Of a stretch of DNA of 64,000 bases, positions 39,955 to 48,055 are shown piece by piece. The stretch spans positions 384,001 to 448,000 of the forward strand of contig JAXGMI010000001.1 in assembly GCA_040768745.1 (NCBI GenBank), in the 5' to 3' direction. Every line of letters starts with the position of its first letter. Position 1 is the first letter of the stretch. This DNA is from Desulfomicrobium sp. Lineage in GTDB: Bacteria > Desulfobacterota > Desulfovibrionia > Desulfovibrionales > Desulfomicrobiaceae. Both the position numbers and the translations under genes were made by a program. The notes beneath the pieces were generated by a model. It did not search any database and was not told where the DNA came from. It was given only the letters and a program-made list of their open reading frames with translations.

Positions 39955-40256
39955 CCCCTGCCCTCCACCCTGCGGAAAACTTGATCTGGCATCCCCCCGC
40001 ATCCGCGCGCCTGCACAAGAATCGGGATCGCGGCTCCTGTCCGTTTCCGGTTATCGCCCATGACTTTTCGAGCCCGCCCCAAATGCCAGTGACCCCAATT
40101 GTCCGGGGTCTCCAGGACATTGCAGGACGCCGGGCGTTGTCCCGGCATCCGCTCCGGGGCATGTGCGTCTCAGATATCGAAGACAGGACTTTTCAAAATC
40201 GCTGGCATATGTTTTATTCTTAAAAGCACAACATCAACATCCACAAGGAGAACAAT

Positions 40257-40862
40257 ATGTACGCAGTCGCAGTCAACGGCAGCCCGCGCAAGGGCGGCAA
40301 CACGGAGATCCTTTTGAAGCGCGTCCTCGCACCTCTGACTGAGGCCGGCTGGGAAACGGAGCTGGTGCAGGTCGGCGGACAGAAGATCCGCGGATGCCAG
40401 GCCTGCTACAAATGCTTCGAAAACAAGGACGGGCAGTGCTCCATGAAGAACGACGTGTTCAATCCGATCATGGAAAAACTGCTCAAGGCCGACGCCATGA
40501 TCTTCGGCTCCCCGACCTACTTCACCGACGTCTCGGCCGAGATGAAGGCGCTCCTGGACCGCTCCGGCCTCGTGGCCATCGCCAACGGCCGCGCCTTCAA
40601 GGGCAAGATCGGTGCGGCCGTGGTGGCCGTGCGCCGGGGCGGGGCGACCCACGTCTTCGACACCATCAACCACATGTTTCTCATGAACCAGGTCATTGTC
40701 CCCGGTTCGGTCTACTGGAACCTGGCCTACGGCCGGAACAAGGGCGAGGTCGAGGGGGACGCCGAAGGTATGGGCAACATGAAAAACCTCGGCCAGATCA
40801 TCGCCTGGCTGGGCGCGGCCATCAAGCCACACCTGGCGAAGTTCCCCGCCCCGGAAGCCTGA
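40257..40862 (+). CDS. Flavodoxin-fold iron-sulfur flavoprotein
   Basis: NGSPRKGGNT, CQACYKC..C, GSPTYF, RRGG. Confidence 0.9.
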   Translation: MYAVAVNGSPRKGGNTEILLKRVLAPLTEAGWETELVQVGGQKIRGCQACYKCFENKDGQCSMKNDVFNPIMEKLLKADAMIFGSPTYFTDVSAEMKALLDRSGLVAIANGRAFKGKIGAAVVAVRRGGATHVFDTINHMFLMNQVIVPGSVYWNLAYGRNKGEVEGDAEGMGNMKNLGQIIAWLGAAIKPHLAKFPAPEA

Positions 40863-40881
40863 GCGAATGAGGGAGGTTCAC

Positions 40882-41697
40882 ATGATCGATTTCCGCATCG
40901 ACAGTGAAAAATGCATCCAGTGCGGCGAGTGCGCGGCGGACTGCCCGGCCGGCATCATCTTCATGAACGACCTTCCGGTGATGTCCGACGAGGGCCGCTG
41001 CTACCGCTGCCTGCACTGCTACTCGGTCTGTCCAGTTGGGGCCGTGTCCATCCTCGGCCTGACGCCGGAAGGGGGCGAGCCTGCCAGGGACCTACCGTCC
41101 CCGGCGCAGATGAAGGATCTGATCACCTGGCGGCGGTCCGTGCGGCGCTACAGGGACGAGAACGTCCCTGCGGCCCTCATCGACGAGCTCGTCGAAACGG
41201 CGTGCCATGCGCCGACCGGGGTCAACGCCCAGGGCGTCGTGTTCACGGTGGTCCGGGACAAGGCCTTCATGGACACGCTGCGCCGCGAGACCCTAAAGCG
41301 TCTCGGATCGATGGTTGACGCCGGAAAACTGCCGGACGGACTGGTCGGCCAATACCTGGGCTTCGCCGTCCGCGCTTGGAGAACCGAAGGCCGGGACGCC
41401 ATCTTCCGGGGCGCGCCGCACATGCTGCTGACGAGCACATCCCCCGGCGTCCCTTGCCCGGTCCAGGACGTGCACATCGCCCTGGCCACTTTCGAGCTCC
41501 TGGCCAGCTCCCACTCCTTGGGCACTCTGTGGGACGGCATGTTCATGATGGCCCTGGCCGTCTGCCCCGAGTTGCGCGAAACCCTGCGCATCCCCGCGGA
41601 CCACGCCCTCGGCTACGCCCTCCTCTTCGGCAGGCCCGCCGTTCAGTACCATCGGCCCGTCAGACGGGGCCCGGCCAAGGTCAATATCCTCGAATAG
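40882..41697 (+). CDS. Nitroreductase with N-terminal 2x[4Fe-4S] domain
   Basis: CIQCGECAADCP, CYRCLHCYSVCP, RRSVRRY, APTGVNAQ. Confidence 0.9.
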   Translation: MIDFRIDSEKCIQCGECAADCPAGIIFMNDLPVMSDEGRCYRCLHCYSVCPVGAVSILGLTPEGGEPARDLPSPAQMKDLITWRRSVRRYRDENVPAALIDELVETACHAPTGVNAQGVVFTVVRDKAFMDTLRRETLKRLGSMVDAGKLPDGLVGQYLGFAVRAWRTEGRDAIFRGAPHMLLTSTSPGVPCPVQDVHIALATFELLASSHSLGTLWDGMFMMALAVCPELRETLRIPADHALGYALLFGRPAVQYHRPVRRGPAKVNILE

Positions 41698-41703
41698 AAA
41701 TAA

Positions 41704-41731
41704 GACCGGAGCGCCTGCAGGCGCTCCGGTC
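41704..41731 (+). terminator. Perfect 28-bp palindrome, likely terminator
   Basis: gaccggagcgcctg|caggcgctccggtc followed by pyrimidine/T tract. Confidence 0.7.
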
Positions 41732-41761
41732 CTTCCCTTTTGTACAGCGGAGAAATTCCCC

Positions 41762-42664
41762 ATGGACACCACCGGCATCATTCTGGCCATCCTCTCGGCC
41801 CTGTTCATGGGCACCATTGGTGTCTTCTCCAAGATCACGGGGCTGCCCGCCGAGACCGTCACCTTTTTCCGCCTTCTGCTGGGGGCCGGATTCCTGGGAC
41901 TTTTCCTGATGGCCACGCGGCAGGCCGCCCTGCTGCGGCGCTGGCCATCCTGGCCGGTGATCGCCAACGGCGGCCTGCTGGCCGGATTCATCATCTTCTA
42001 CGTGCAGGCCATGAACCTGACCTCCATGGCCAACGCCGTCATGCTCGTCTATCTGGCGCCGGTGGTCGCCTCGGTCTTCGCCCATTTCCGTCTGGGGGAA
42101 CGTTTGAACGCCACGGGCTGGCTCCTCATTGCCACGGCAGTGCTCGGTTTCGCGGCCATGATGGAATTCCGGCTGGATTTCGCCGGGGGCGGCAACCACG
42201 CCATGGGCCTGGGTTTCGCCGGATTGGCCATGATCTGCTACGCGGGGTTCATCCTGGTGAACCGGCGCATCCGTCCGGGTGTTCCGGTCATGACCAGGGC
42301 CTTCTACCAGCTCCTGGTCGGCGCGGGGGTCATGCTGCCGTTCTTTTTGGCCAACCGGCCCGAAATCTCTGCCAACAACGGACTGTGGCTCCTGGGCACG
42401 GGACTGGTCCCGGGCTTCCTGGCCATCACCTTCGCCGTCATGGCACTGAGCCGCCTGCCGGCCGCCACCTTCGGCACCCTGGCCTACTTCGAACCCCTGG
42501 CCGTGGTCTTCTTCGGCTGGACCATCTTCGGAGAAACCCTGTCCTCCCTGCAACTGGCCGGCTGCGCCGCCATCCTGGCCAGCGGCTGCGCCAAGGCCCT
42601 GATCGAACGCCATCCGCCTCGTGAGAGCAAATTCCAAAGGCAAGGGTCAGATCTTGAATCTTGA
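41762..42664 (+). CDS. DMT/EamA family transporter (stop lies inside IR1)
   Basis: Two EamA repeats; C-terminal ...QGSDLES* is encoded by the repeat. Confidence 0.88.
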   Translation: MDTTGIILAILSALFMGTIGVFSKITGLPAETVTFFRLLLGAGFLGLFLMATRQAALLRRWPSWPVIANGGLLAGFIIFYVQAMNLTSMANAVMLVYLAPVVASVFAHFRLGERLNATGWLLIATAVLGFAAMMEFRLDFAGGGNHAMGLGFAGLAMICYAGFILVNRRIRPGVPVMTRAFYQLLVGAGVMLPFFLANRPEISANNGLWLLGTGLVPGFLAITFAVMALSRLPAATFGTLAYFEPLAVVFFGWTIFGETLSSLQLAGCAAILASGCAKALIERHPPRESKFQRQGSDLES

Positions 42665-42666
42665 AT
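42644..42666 (+). repeat. RAYT-associated 23-bp repeat IR1
   Basis: GGGTCAGATCTTGAATCTTGAAT. Confidence 0.95.
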
Positions 42667-42897
42667 TTCTGGATAACAACTTGCCTTACGTCCGTATAGA
42701 CTTGTCGTAAAATGTTGATGTGGTCCTGATCGTGTCCGGTCCCATCCCTTCCGTACCCGATGTCTTTTGCTGGTTTGCCCTGCCTGACAGATATTGTAAC
42801 ATAAAGGTTTGACTTGCAATATTGCGTTTGCTCGCGCTATCTGACCGGTAAATTTTATTATTCGTGGTAGAGCCGTGTCCTTTCTATGAATGGAACT

Positions 42898-42920
42898 ATT
42901 CAAGATTCAAGATCTGACCC
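42898..42920 (-). repeat. RAYT-associated 23-bp repeat IR2 (inverted)
   Basis: ATTCAAGATTCAAGATCTGACCC, followed by aaTGACCCC partial copy. Confidence 0.95.
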
Positions 42921-43005
42921 AATGACCCCACTTATGGAGATCCCCAAAAATCGTCCGTTTTCAGCTGATCCGTATTTCCCCGGCTCGACCGGAGGGAGGC
43001 AGATC

Positions 43006-44841
43006 ATGTCGGAGGACAGGCCTTTCGACATATCCACGCCGAGAGTCGTCATCCTGATCCTTGGCCTTCTGTTGCCGTATTTCTTCTGCGGCTGTGCAAC
43101 CACGCCGCAGCCCGACCTGAAGCCGCCCGCGGTCAGCCTGGGCCCGGTCATGGACGTTCTCAAGGTCGAAACAGGGGACGACGTGGTCAGGCTCGTGCCC
43201 AATCCGGAAGGGGAGGTCCACGCGCTGATCGCCTCTGCGCAATGGAAGCAGGTCGTGCATGTCCTGGTGCGCGAGGAAGGCGCCTGCGAACCGGAAACCG
43301 TTCTGTCGAACGTTTCGCCGTCCCGGCTCGACGGGGCATGGGACAGGGACGGCAGGCTGCACGCCCTCATCGACACCATCCACATGATTCGGGAGGACGG
43401 GAGTTGGCTTCCGTCCGCGCGCACGCCGTGGACGGAAACGGGCATCACCCCGTCCCGGGCCGGGTTCGTGCCCGGATCCCCCGACCTTGTCTGGGCCTTC
43501 GTCGTGGAAGGCAGCGACGTGGGCGCCTCGCTGCGAATGGACATCTACGGATTCGGCGGAGGCTACCCTGCGGCAGGGATCATCTGGCCCTGGTTCACCA
43601 GGGGCTCCCGGCTGGTGCTCGCGGCCGAGGACAGTCCCGCCTGCTGGAACGTGTTCGACCTCACCGGGCGCCTCGATTCGGTCCCCCTCGCCCTGGCCTC
43701 GGATCTGGCCGGCACCCTCCACGTCCTCTATTACAAATCCCTCGGCGGGCTCCTGAAGGACATGGACCTGCACTACACGAAGCTCGGCGTCCGCGACCTG
43801 GCCCCGGACGCCGCGAGGCACCCCGAGGACAAGGAACTCAAGGCCGGCGACAGGCTTCTCAAACTCCATAACATTGCCGGGTCGCGGATCCCGAACACCC
43901 ATGCGCAGCGCCGCTCCGTTCCCGACTGCATCGCCGCTGACCCCGGCAGCGGGGCCGTCCTGATCGGGATGGACCTGCTGATCCGGGGCAACGAGTATAC
44001 GGACGGGGTCCGCGGGTCACTCCCGCCGGAAGGCGGCATGTTCACGCGCACGGCCCCGGCCGGGGACAACACCTTCCACGCGTTGGTCGGTGCCGGCTGC
44101 TACAGGTTGCTCTCAGGCCTCGAATGGTCCGCGCCCATGCAACTGGGCGTCGCGGAAGTCGCCTCGTTCTGGGGTTCGACCTGGGAGGCCTGCGACCTGG
44201 CCAGCACCGGCAACGGCAAGGCCTTCGCCACCTGGCCGACGCCGCATGGCATCATGGGACGTTGGATCACCCGAGACATCGCCAACGCGACCGACTCCAG
44301 CAACATGACATATCCCATGTGGCCGCTGGAGCATCCAGGGCAGCGGGATCCGTTCGAACCCGTGCACATCGTCGTCGACACGCCGCATCGCGATCAGGAC
44401 GTCGCCTGCCGCGCGCACGTCCTCGTCACGGACTCCCGCAACGAAACGGAGTTCCGGCGGACCACGATCCGCGACACGCGCATGAGCCGCATCGATCTGT
44501 ACCCGCCCGTCCCCGAACTGGTGGGGCGGATGGTCGAGACGTCCGCAGCCCGCCTTCTCGCCACGAAAGCAGAACAGCCGCCCGAAACGATAGCATGCGA
44601 TATCGCCGTATTCGATATCGGGACGCCGGCCACGATGCTGTACTGGGATGTCGAAACGAGGCTGGAATTGATCCTGCGCGCCCGCGGCCAGGTCAGGACG
44701 GTGTCGGTGTCGGCGACTGAACGCACCTGGCTCTGGCCGTCCGAGGACATCATCGGCCGGGTCGCCCGTGAAGCGCTCCGCCAGGCCGGGGAAGGCATCG
44801 ACCGGACGCTGCGGGAACTGCTTGCGCCCTCAGGGGGCTGA
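43006..44841 (+). CDS. Hypothetical lipoprotein (cargo), probably two-domain
   Basis: GGAGGGAGG RBS, lipobox-like FFCGC; very high GC. Confidence 0.7.
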   Translation: MSEDRPFDISTPRVVILILGLLLPYFFCGCATTPQPDLKPPAVSLGPVMDVLKVETGDDVVRLVPNPEGEVHALIASAQWKQVVHVLVREEGACEPETVLSNVSPSRLDGAWDRDGRLHALIDTIHMIREDGSWLPSARTPWTETGITPSRAGFVPGSPDLVWAFVVEGSDVGASLRMDIYGFGGGYPAAGIIWPWFTRGSRLVLAAEDSPACWNVFDLTGRLDSVPLALASDLAGTLHVLYYKSLGGLLKDMDLHYTKLGVRDLAPDAARHPEDKELKAGDRLLKLHNIAGSRIPNTHAQRRSVPDCIAADPGSGAVLIGMDLLIRGNEYTDGVRGSLPPEGGMFTRTAPAGDNTFHALVGAGCYRLLSGLEWSAPMQLGVAEVASFWGSTWEACDLASTGNGKAFATWPTPHGIMGRWITRDIANATDSSNMTYPMWPLEHPGQRDPFEPVHIVVDTPHRDQDVACRAHVLVTDSRNETEFRRTTIRDTRMSRIDLYPPVPELVGRMVETSAARLLATKAEQPPETIACDIAVFDIGTPATMLYWDVETRLELILRARGQVRTVSVSATERTWLWPSEDIIGRVAREALRQAGEGIDRTLRELLAPSGG

Positions 44842-44901
44842 TGTTGCAGGCAAGAACATGATATGACGCTCATCAACACATGCAAACCAAAGGAGGTTCC
44901 A

Positions 44902-45429
44902 ATGAACACGAAACTCTTGTCCGTCGTCCTTCTGGCCCTCGTCCTCGCGGGCTGCGCGTCGGGGGTCAAACGGCCCCAGACCGCAGAGGCCAACAGGCCC
45001 TGCCTCTCGGACCGGGAACAGGTTTCCTCCGTGTCCGTCTCGCTGACTGAAGATGCCAAGAAGAAGGCCCTGGACAACCTCAAGTTCAACCCCGACGAAC
45101 TGCTCAGCCACGTCAAGCGCGGCCTGGAAGCCAACAACCTGTTGAACGGAACAGGCGACCTGCCCCGACCCCACCTCGAGGTGCAGGTCAAGGACATGCG
45201 GATACGCTCCAACTTTTCCGCCGTCATGTGGGGCTTCATGGCCGGGGCCGACTCCATCACCGCCGACATCGTGCTCGCCGACGATGCCGGGAAGGAACTC
45301 GACCGCTTCGAGGTCTCGGCGTCCTACGCCCTGGGCGGGCTGGCCGGGGGCCAGGATAGCGCGCGGATGGGCTGGCTGTACGAGAAATTCGCCGAGGAGA
45401 CGGTCAAGGAACTGACCAAACAGCAGTGA
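44902..45429 (+). CDS. DUF4410-like lipoprotein
   Basis: AAGGAGG RBS, lipobox LAGC; GFMAGAD and YALGGLAGG. Confidence 0.7.
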   Translation: MNTKLLSVVLLALVLAGCASGVKRPQTAEANRPCLSDREQVSSVSVSLTEDAKKKALDNLKFNPDELLSHVKRGLEANNLLNGTGDLPRPHLEVQVKDMRIRSNFSAVMWGFMAGADSITADIVLADDAGKELDRFEVSASYALGGLAGGQDSARMGWLYEKFAEETVKELTKQQ

Positions 45430-45497
45430 GGCCACAGAGGGATTTCATGAGTCGCCGGCTGGGTGAATGATAATCTGAAACAGAATCAGGGAACGTC

Positions 45498-45605
45498 ATG
45501 GGTGGCGAAACCATCATCCGACTCGGAGCCTTCGCGCTGACGGCCGTGCTCATGGCCGCCCTTGAAGCCGCCAGGCCGCGCAGGCGGGACGATGCGGACC
45601 CATAA
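45498..45605 (+). pseudogene. 5' fragment resembling a sterol-desaturase-family gene, ending at IR3
   Basis: MGGETIIRLGAFALTAVLMAALEAARPRRRDDADP* resembles the E..IRL..F......MA..E...PRR N-terminus. Confidence 0.5.
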
Positions 45606-45609
45606 CAAG

Positions 45610-45632
45610 GGGTCAGATCTTGAATCTTGAAT
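45610..45632 (+). repeat. RAYT-associated 23-bp repeat IR3
   Basis: Identical to IR1; ends 22 nt before transposase ATG. Confidence 0.95.
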
Positions 45633-45654
45633 TTTTTCGGAGCATTTCCTCACC

Positions 45655-46500
45655 ATGGCCCGACCACTCCGCATAGAATTTCCGGGAGCCATCTACCATG
45701 TGACATCCCGGGGCAACGCCCAGGCTCCCATTTTTCTGGACGACATCGACAGGAACACCTTTCTCTCCGTCCTCGGACTGACAATGCGCCGGTTCAACGT
45801 GATCTGCCATGGGTATTGCCTGATGACCAACCACTTCCATCTCCTGCTTGAGACTCCAGACGCCAATCTGTCCAAGGCCATGCGCCAGTTCAACAGCGTC
45901 TACACGCAGGCATTCAACCGGCGGCATGCCCGGGTTGGTCACGTGCTGCAAGGGCGGTTCAAATCCATTGTCGTTGACCGGGACGCCTATCTTCTCGAAC
46001 TGTGCCGATATATTGTCCTCAACCCCGTAAGGGCCGGGATGGTCAAGGAGCCTGGAAAGTATCCATGGTCCAGTTACCGGGCCACGGCAGGGCTAGGAAA
46101 GAAACCGGATTTTCTGGCTGTGGACTGGATTCTGGAACAGTTCGGCACTGATCGCGTCCAGGCCCGGAAAGAGTACCGTCTTTTTGTCAAGGCAGGGCTG
46201 GATTCCGAATCGCCATGGAATGACCTCAAAGGACAGTGCCTGCTCGGAGACGACCCGTTTCTGGAGAAGCTTTTTCCCCTGCTCAAGGACAAAAGCGCTT
46301 TCAAGGAGATCCCTCGCATTCAGCGTTTTGCCGACCGTCCGGCCTTGGAGGAGATATTACAGGGCACAGAAGGCCGTGCGCAGCGTGACGCAGCCATCCT
46401 CAAGGCCTGCCATGTGTACGGATACACCCAGGCACACGTTGCTGCCGCAACAGGATTGCACTATTCGACGGTCAGCAAAATCATCAGGAAGATTGAATAA
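45655..46500 (+). CDS. REP-associated tyrosine transposase (RAYT, IS200-like Y1/HUH) with C-terminal HTH
   Basis: MARPLR, YHVTSRGN, HUH NHFH, GHVLQGRFKS, RYIVLNPVRAG, YPWSSY; HTH YTQAHVAAATGLHYSTVSKII. Confidence 0.93.
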   Translation: MARPLRIEFPGAIYHVTSRGNAQAPIFLDDIDRNTFLSVLGLTMRRFNVICHGYCLMTNHFHLLLETPDANLSKAMRQFNSVYTQAFNRRHARVGHVLQGRFKSIVVDRDAYLLELCRYIVLNPVRAGMVKEPGKYPWSSYRATAGLGKKPDFLAVDWILEQFGTDRVQARKEYRLFVKAGLDSESPWNDLKGQCLLGDDPFLEKLFPLLKDKSAFKEIPRIQRFADRPALEEILQGTEGRAQRDAAILKACHVYGYTQAHVAAATGLHYSTVSKIIRKIE

Positions 46501-46522
46501 TTCAAGATTCAAGATCTGACCC
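46500..46522 (-). repeat. RAYT-associated 23-bp repeat IR4 (inverted)
   Basis: Identical to IR2; overlaps transposase TAA. Confidence 0.95.
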
Positions 46523-46533
46523 CAGGATTCTAT

Positions 46534-46824
46534 ATGAAGAAGGTCGTATTTGTCGTACTAATTGAAGAAATCGAGAACCAGGAAATATATGATACTTATA
46601 TTCGGCAGGTTGTGAAAATTATTCAACAGCACAACGGAGAATATATAGCAAGAAGCAATAAAATATTGCCTCTTTCCGGAAGAATGCCGGAACGGTCGAT
46701 AGTCATAGGGTTTGACTCAATGGAAGAAGCCCGCAAGTGCTTTTTTTCGGAAGAATATGAAAGAATAAAGCATTTAAGGGAGAACAGCACCAAGTCGAGA
46801 GCTTTTTTTATCGAAAATGAGTGA
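46534..46824 (+). CDS. DUF1330 family protein (AT-rich cargo)
   Basis: Y..Y.......HNGEYIAR, VIGFDSMEEARK.F.SEEY..I..LR. Confidence 0.85.
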   Translation: MKKVVFVVLIEEIENQEIYDTYIRQVVKIIQQHNGEYIARSNKILPLSGRMPERSIVIGFDSMEEARKCFFSEEYERIKHLRENSTKSRAFFIENE

Positions 46825-46848
46825 TAAGAAGAAAGCCACATAACCAAG

Positions 46849-46965
46849 CAGCACATCAAAGGTTCATACACTACCTTTCACAATATCAAGCGCACCGGCC
46901 ATCTTTTTCAGAGCAGATGTCATGCCGTTCTCGTTGAGGCCGACGCATATGCCTTCGAACCCTCC
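46849..46965 (+). pseudogene. Degenerate internal fragment of a second RAYT transposase
   Basis: QHIKGSYTTFHNIKRTGHLFQSRCHAVLVEADAYAFEPS aligns by eye to RQFNSVYTQAFNRRHARVGHVLQGRFKSIVVDRDAYLLELC. Confidence 0.7.
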
Positions 46966-46989
46966 ACACTAGTAAGGAAATTTTCCACA

Positions 46990-47736
46990 ATGGACATTCC
47001 ACGGATCTTCAACATCACCGAAAGTGCCCACCGCATCCACAACCCGTTCACACCCGAAAAGCTCGCCACTCTCGGCATGGCGCTGCGTCTTGAAACGGGG
47101 ACCCGAGTGCTCGACCTCGGCAGCGGTTCGGGGGAGATGCTGTGCACCTGGGCACGCGATCACGGCGTCATCGGCACCGGCATCGACATGAGCCGTTTGT
47201 TCACCGAGCAGGCGAAACTGCGCGCTGAAGAACTCGGCGTGGCCGATCGGGTCACCTTCATCCATGGCGATGCTGCAGGCTATGTCTCTGACGAGAGGGC
47301 CGGTGTGGCCGCCTGTGTCGGCGCCACCTGGATCGGCGGGGGAGCCGTCGGCACTATCGAGCTTCTGGCGCAAAGCCTCCTCCCCGGAGGGATCATCCTC
47401 ATCGGCGAACCCTACTGGCGGCAGTTGCCTCCGACAGAAGATGTTGCCAGGGGCTGTCTTGCCAACTCGATCTCCGACTTTCTCCTGCTTCCAGAACTTC
47501 TCGCGTCTTTCGGCCGCCTTGGCTACGACGTCGTGGAAATGGTTCTGGCAGACCAGGACAGCTGGGACAGGTACGAGGCGGCCAAGTGGCTGACCATGCG
47601 CCGATGGCTCGAAGCCAATCCCGACGACGAACTCGCGAAGGATGTTCGAGCCAAACTGACCTCGGAGCCCGGGCGGTACGCCGCTTTCACGCGTGAGTAC
47701 CTGGGCTGGGGTGTGTTCGCGCTGATGACACGGTGA
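46990..47736 (+). CDS. Class I SAM-dependent methyltransferase, YjhP-like
   Basis: MDIPRIFNITESAHRIHNP, VLDLGSGSG, GEPYW, TREYLGWGVF. Confidence 0.88.
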   Translation: MDIPRIFNITESAHRIHNPFTPEKLATLGMALRLETGTRVLDLGSGSGEMLCTWARDHGVIGTGIDMSRLFTEQAKLRAEELGVADRVTFIHGDAAGYVSDERAGVAACVGATWIGGGAVGTIELLAQSLLPGGIILIGEPYWRQLPPTEDVARGCLANSISDFLLLPELLASFGRLGYDVVEMVLADQDSWDRYEAAKWLTMRRWLEANPDDELAKDVRAKLTSEPGRYAAFTREYLGWGVFALMTR

Positions 47737-47785
47737 TGAGGGGATTGCCAGGCGATTCAGAAAGTGAAGAACATCCGATCATGAT

Positions 47786-47842
47786 TTTCAACTGATTCAA
47801 GCCGATGCCGCTTCGTGGCGCGGCTTCATTCAGGTGTTGGCC
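47786..47842 (+). mobile_element. Integron attC-like site (59-be), slightly degenerate
   Basis: tttcAAC-tgattcaagccgatgccgc-ttc-gtggcgcggcttcattcaggt-GTTggcc closely resembles the aadA-type attC. Confidence 0.75.
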
Positions 47843-47845
47843 TGC

Positions 47846-48055
47846 TTATGACTGTACCCCTGACGCCATCCTGACAATTGAAAGGGAAAAACAAACAGAA
47901 ATGACCAGAGTAGGTCTGCGCATGAGGCGTTCGACTGTCTGCCAAGGCGTTGGAAAAGGAACCCCTCGTAGCCAGAGGACGAAATCAGCAACTCCCTGCC
48001 AGATCAGAACAACCACGACCAGAGGGATGAATGCCCGAAGGACCCCCCTCATCAT
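47846..48055 (-). pseudogene. Truncated ABC transporter permease (SsuC/TauC-like N-terminus)
   Basis: ATGA-coupled to radical SAM gene; MMRGVLRAFIPLVVVVLIWQ...PFPTPWQTVERL then ends beside attC. Confidence 0.55.

Larger units (their letters stand above)
45609..46523 (+). mobile_element. RAYT-type transposase unit bounded by perfect inverted repeats
   Basis: GGGGTCAGATCTTGAATCTTGAATT (45609-45633) and its exact reverse complement (46499-46523) tightly enclose the transposase. Confidence 0.8.

Noticed and set aside
42886..43005. N-terminal extension of the 651-aa ORF through IR2
   Set aside because: Translates the repeat; a strong RBS and signal peptide favour ATG 43006.
42644..46523. CRISPR array formed by the 23-bp repeats
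   Set aside because: Repeats alternate in orientation, spacing is 0.2-2.7 kb, and there are no cas genes.
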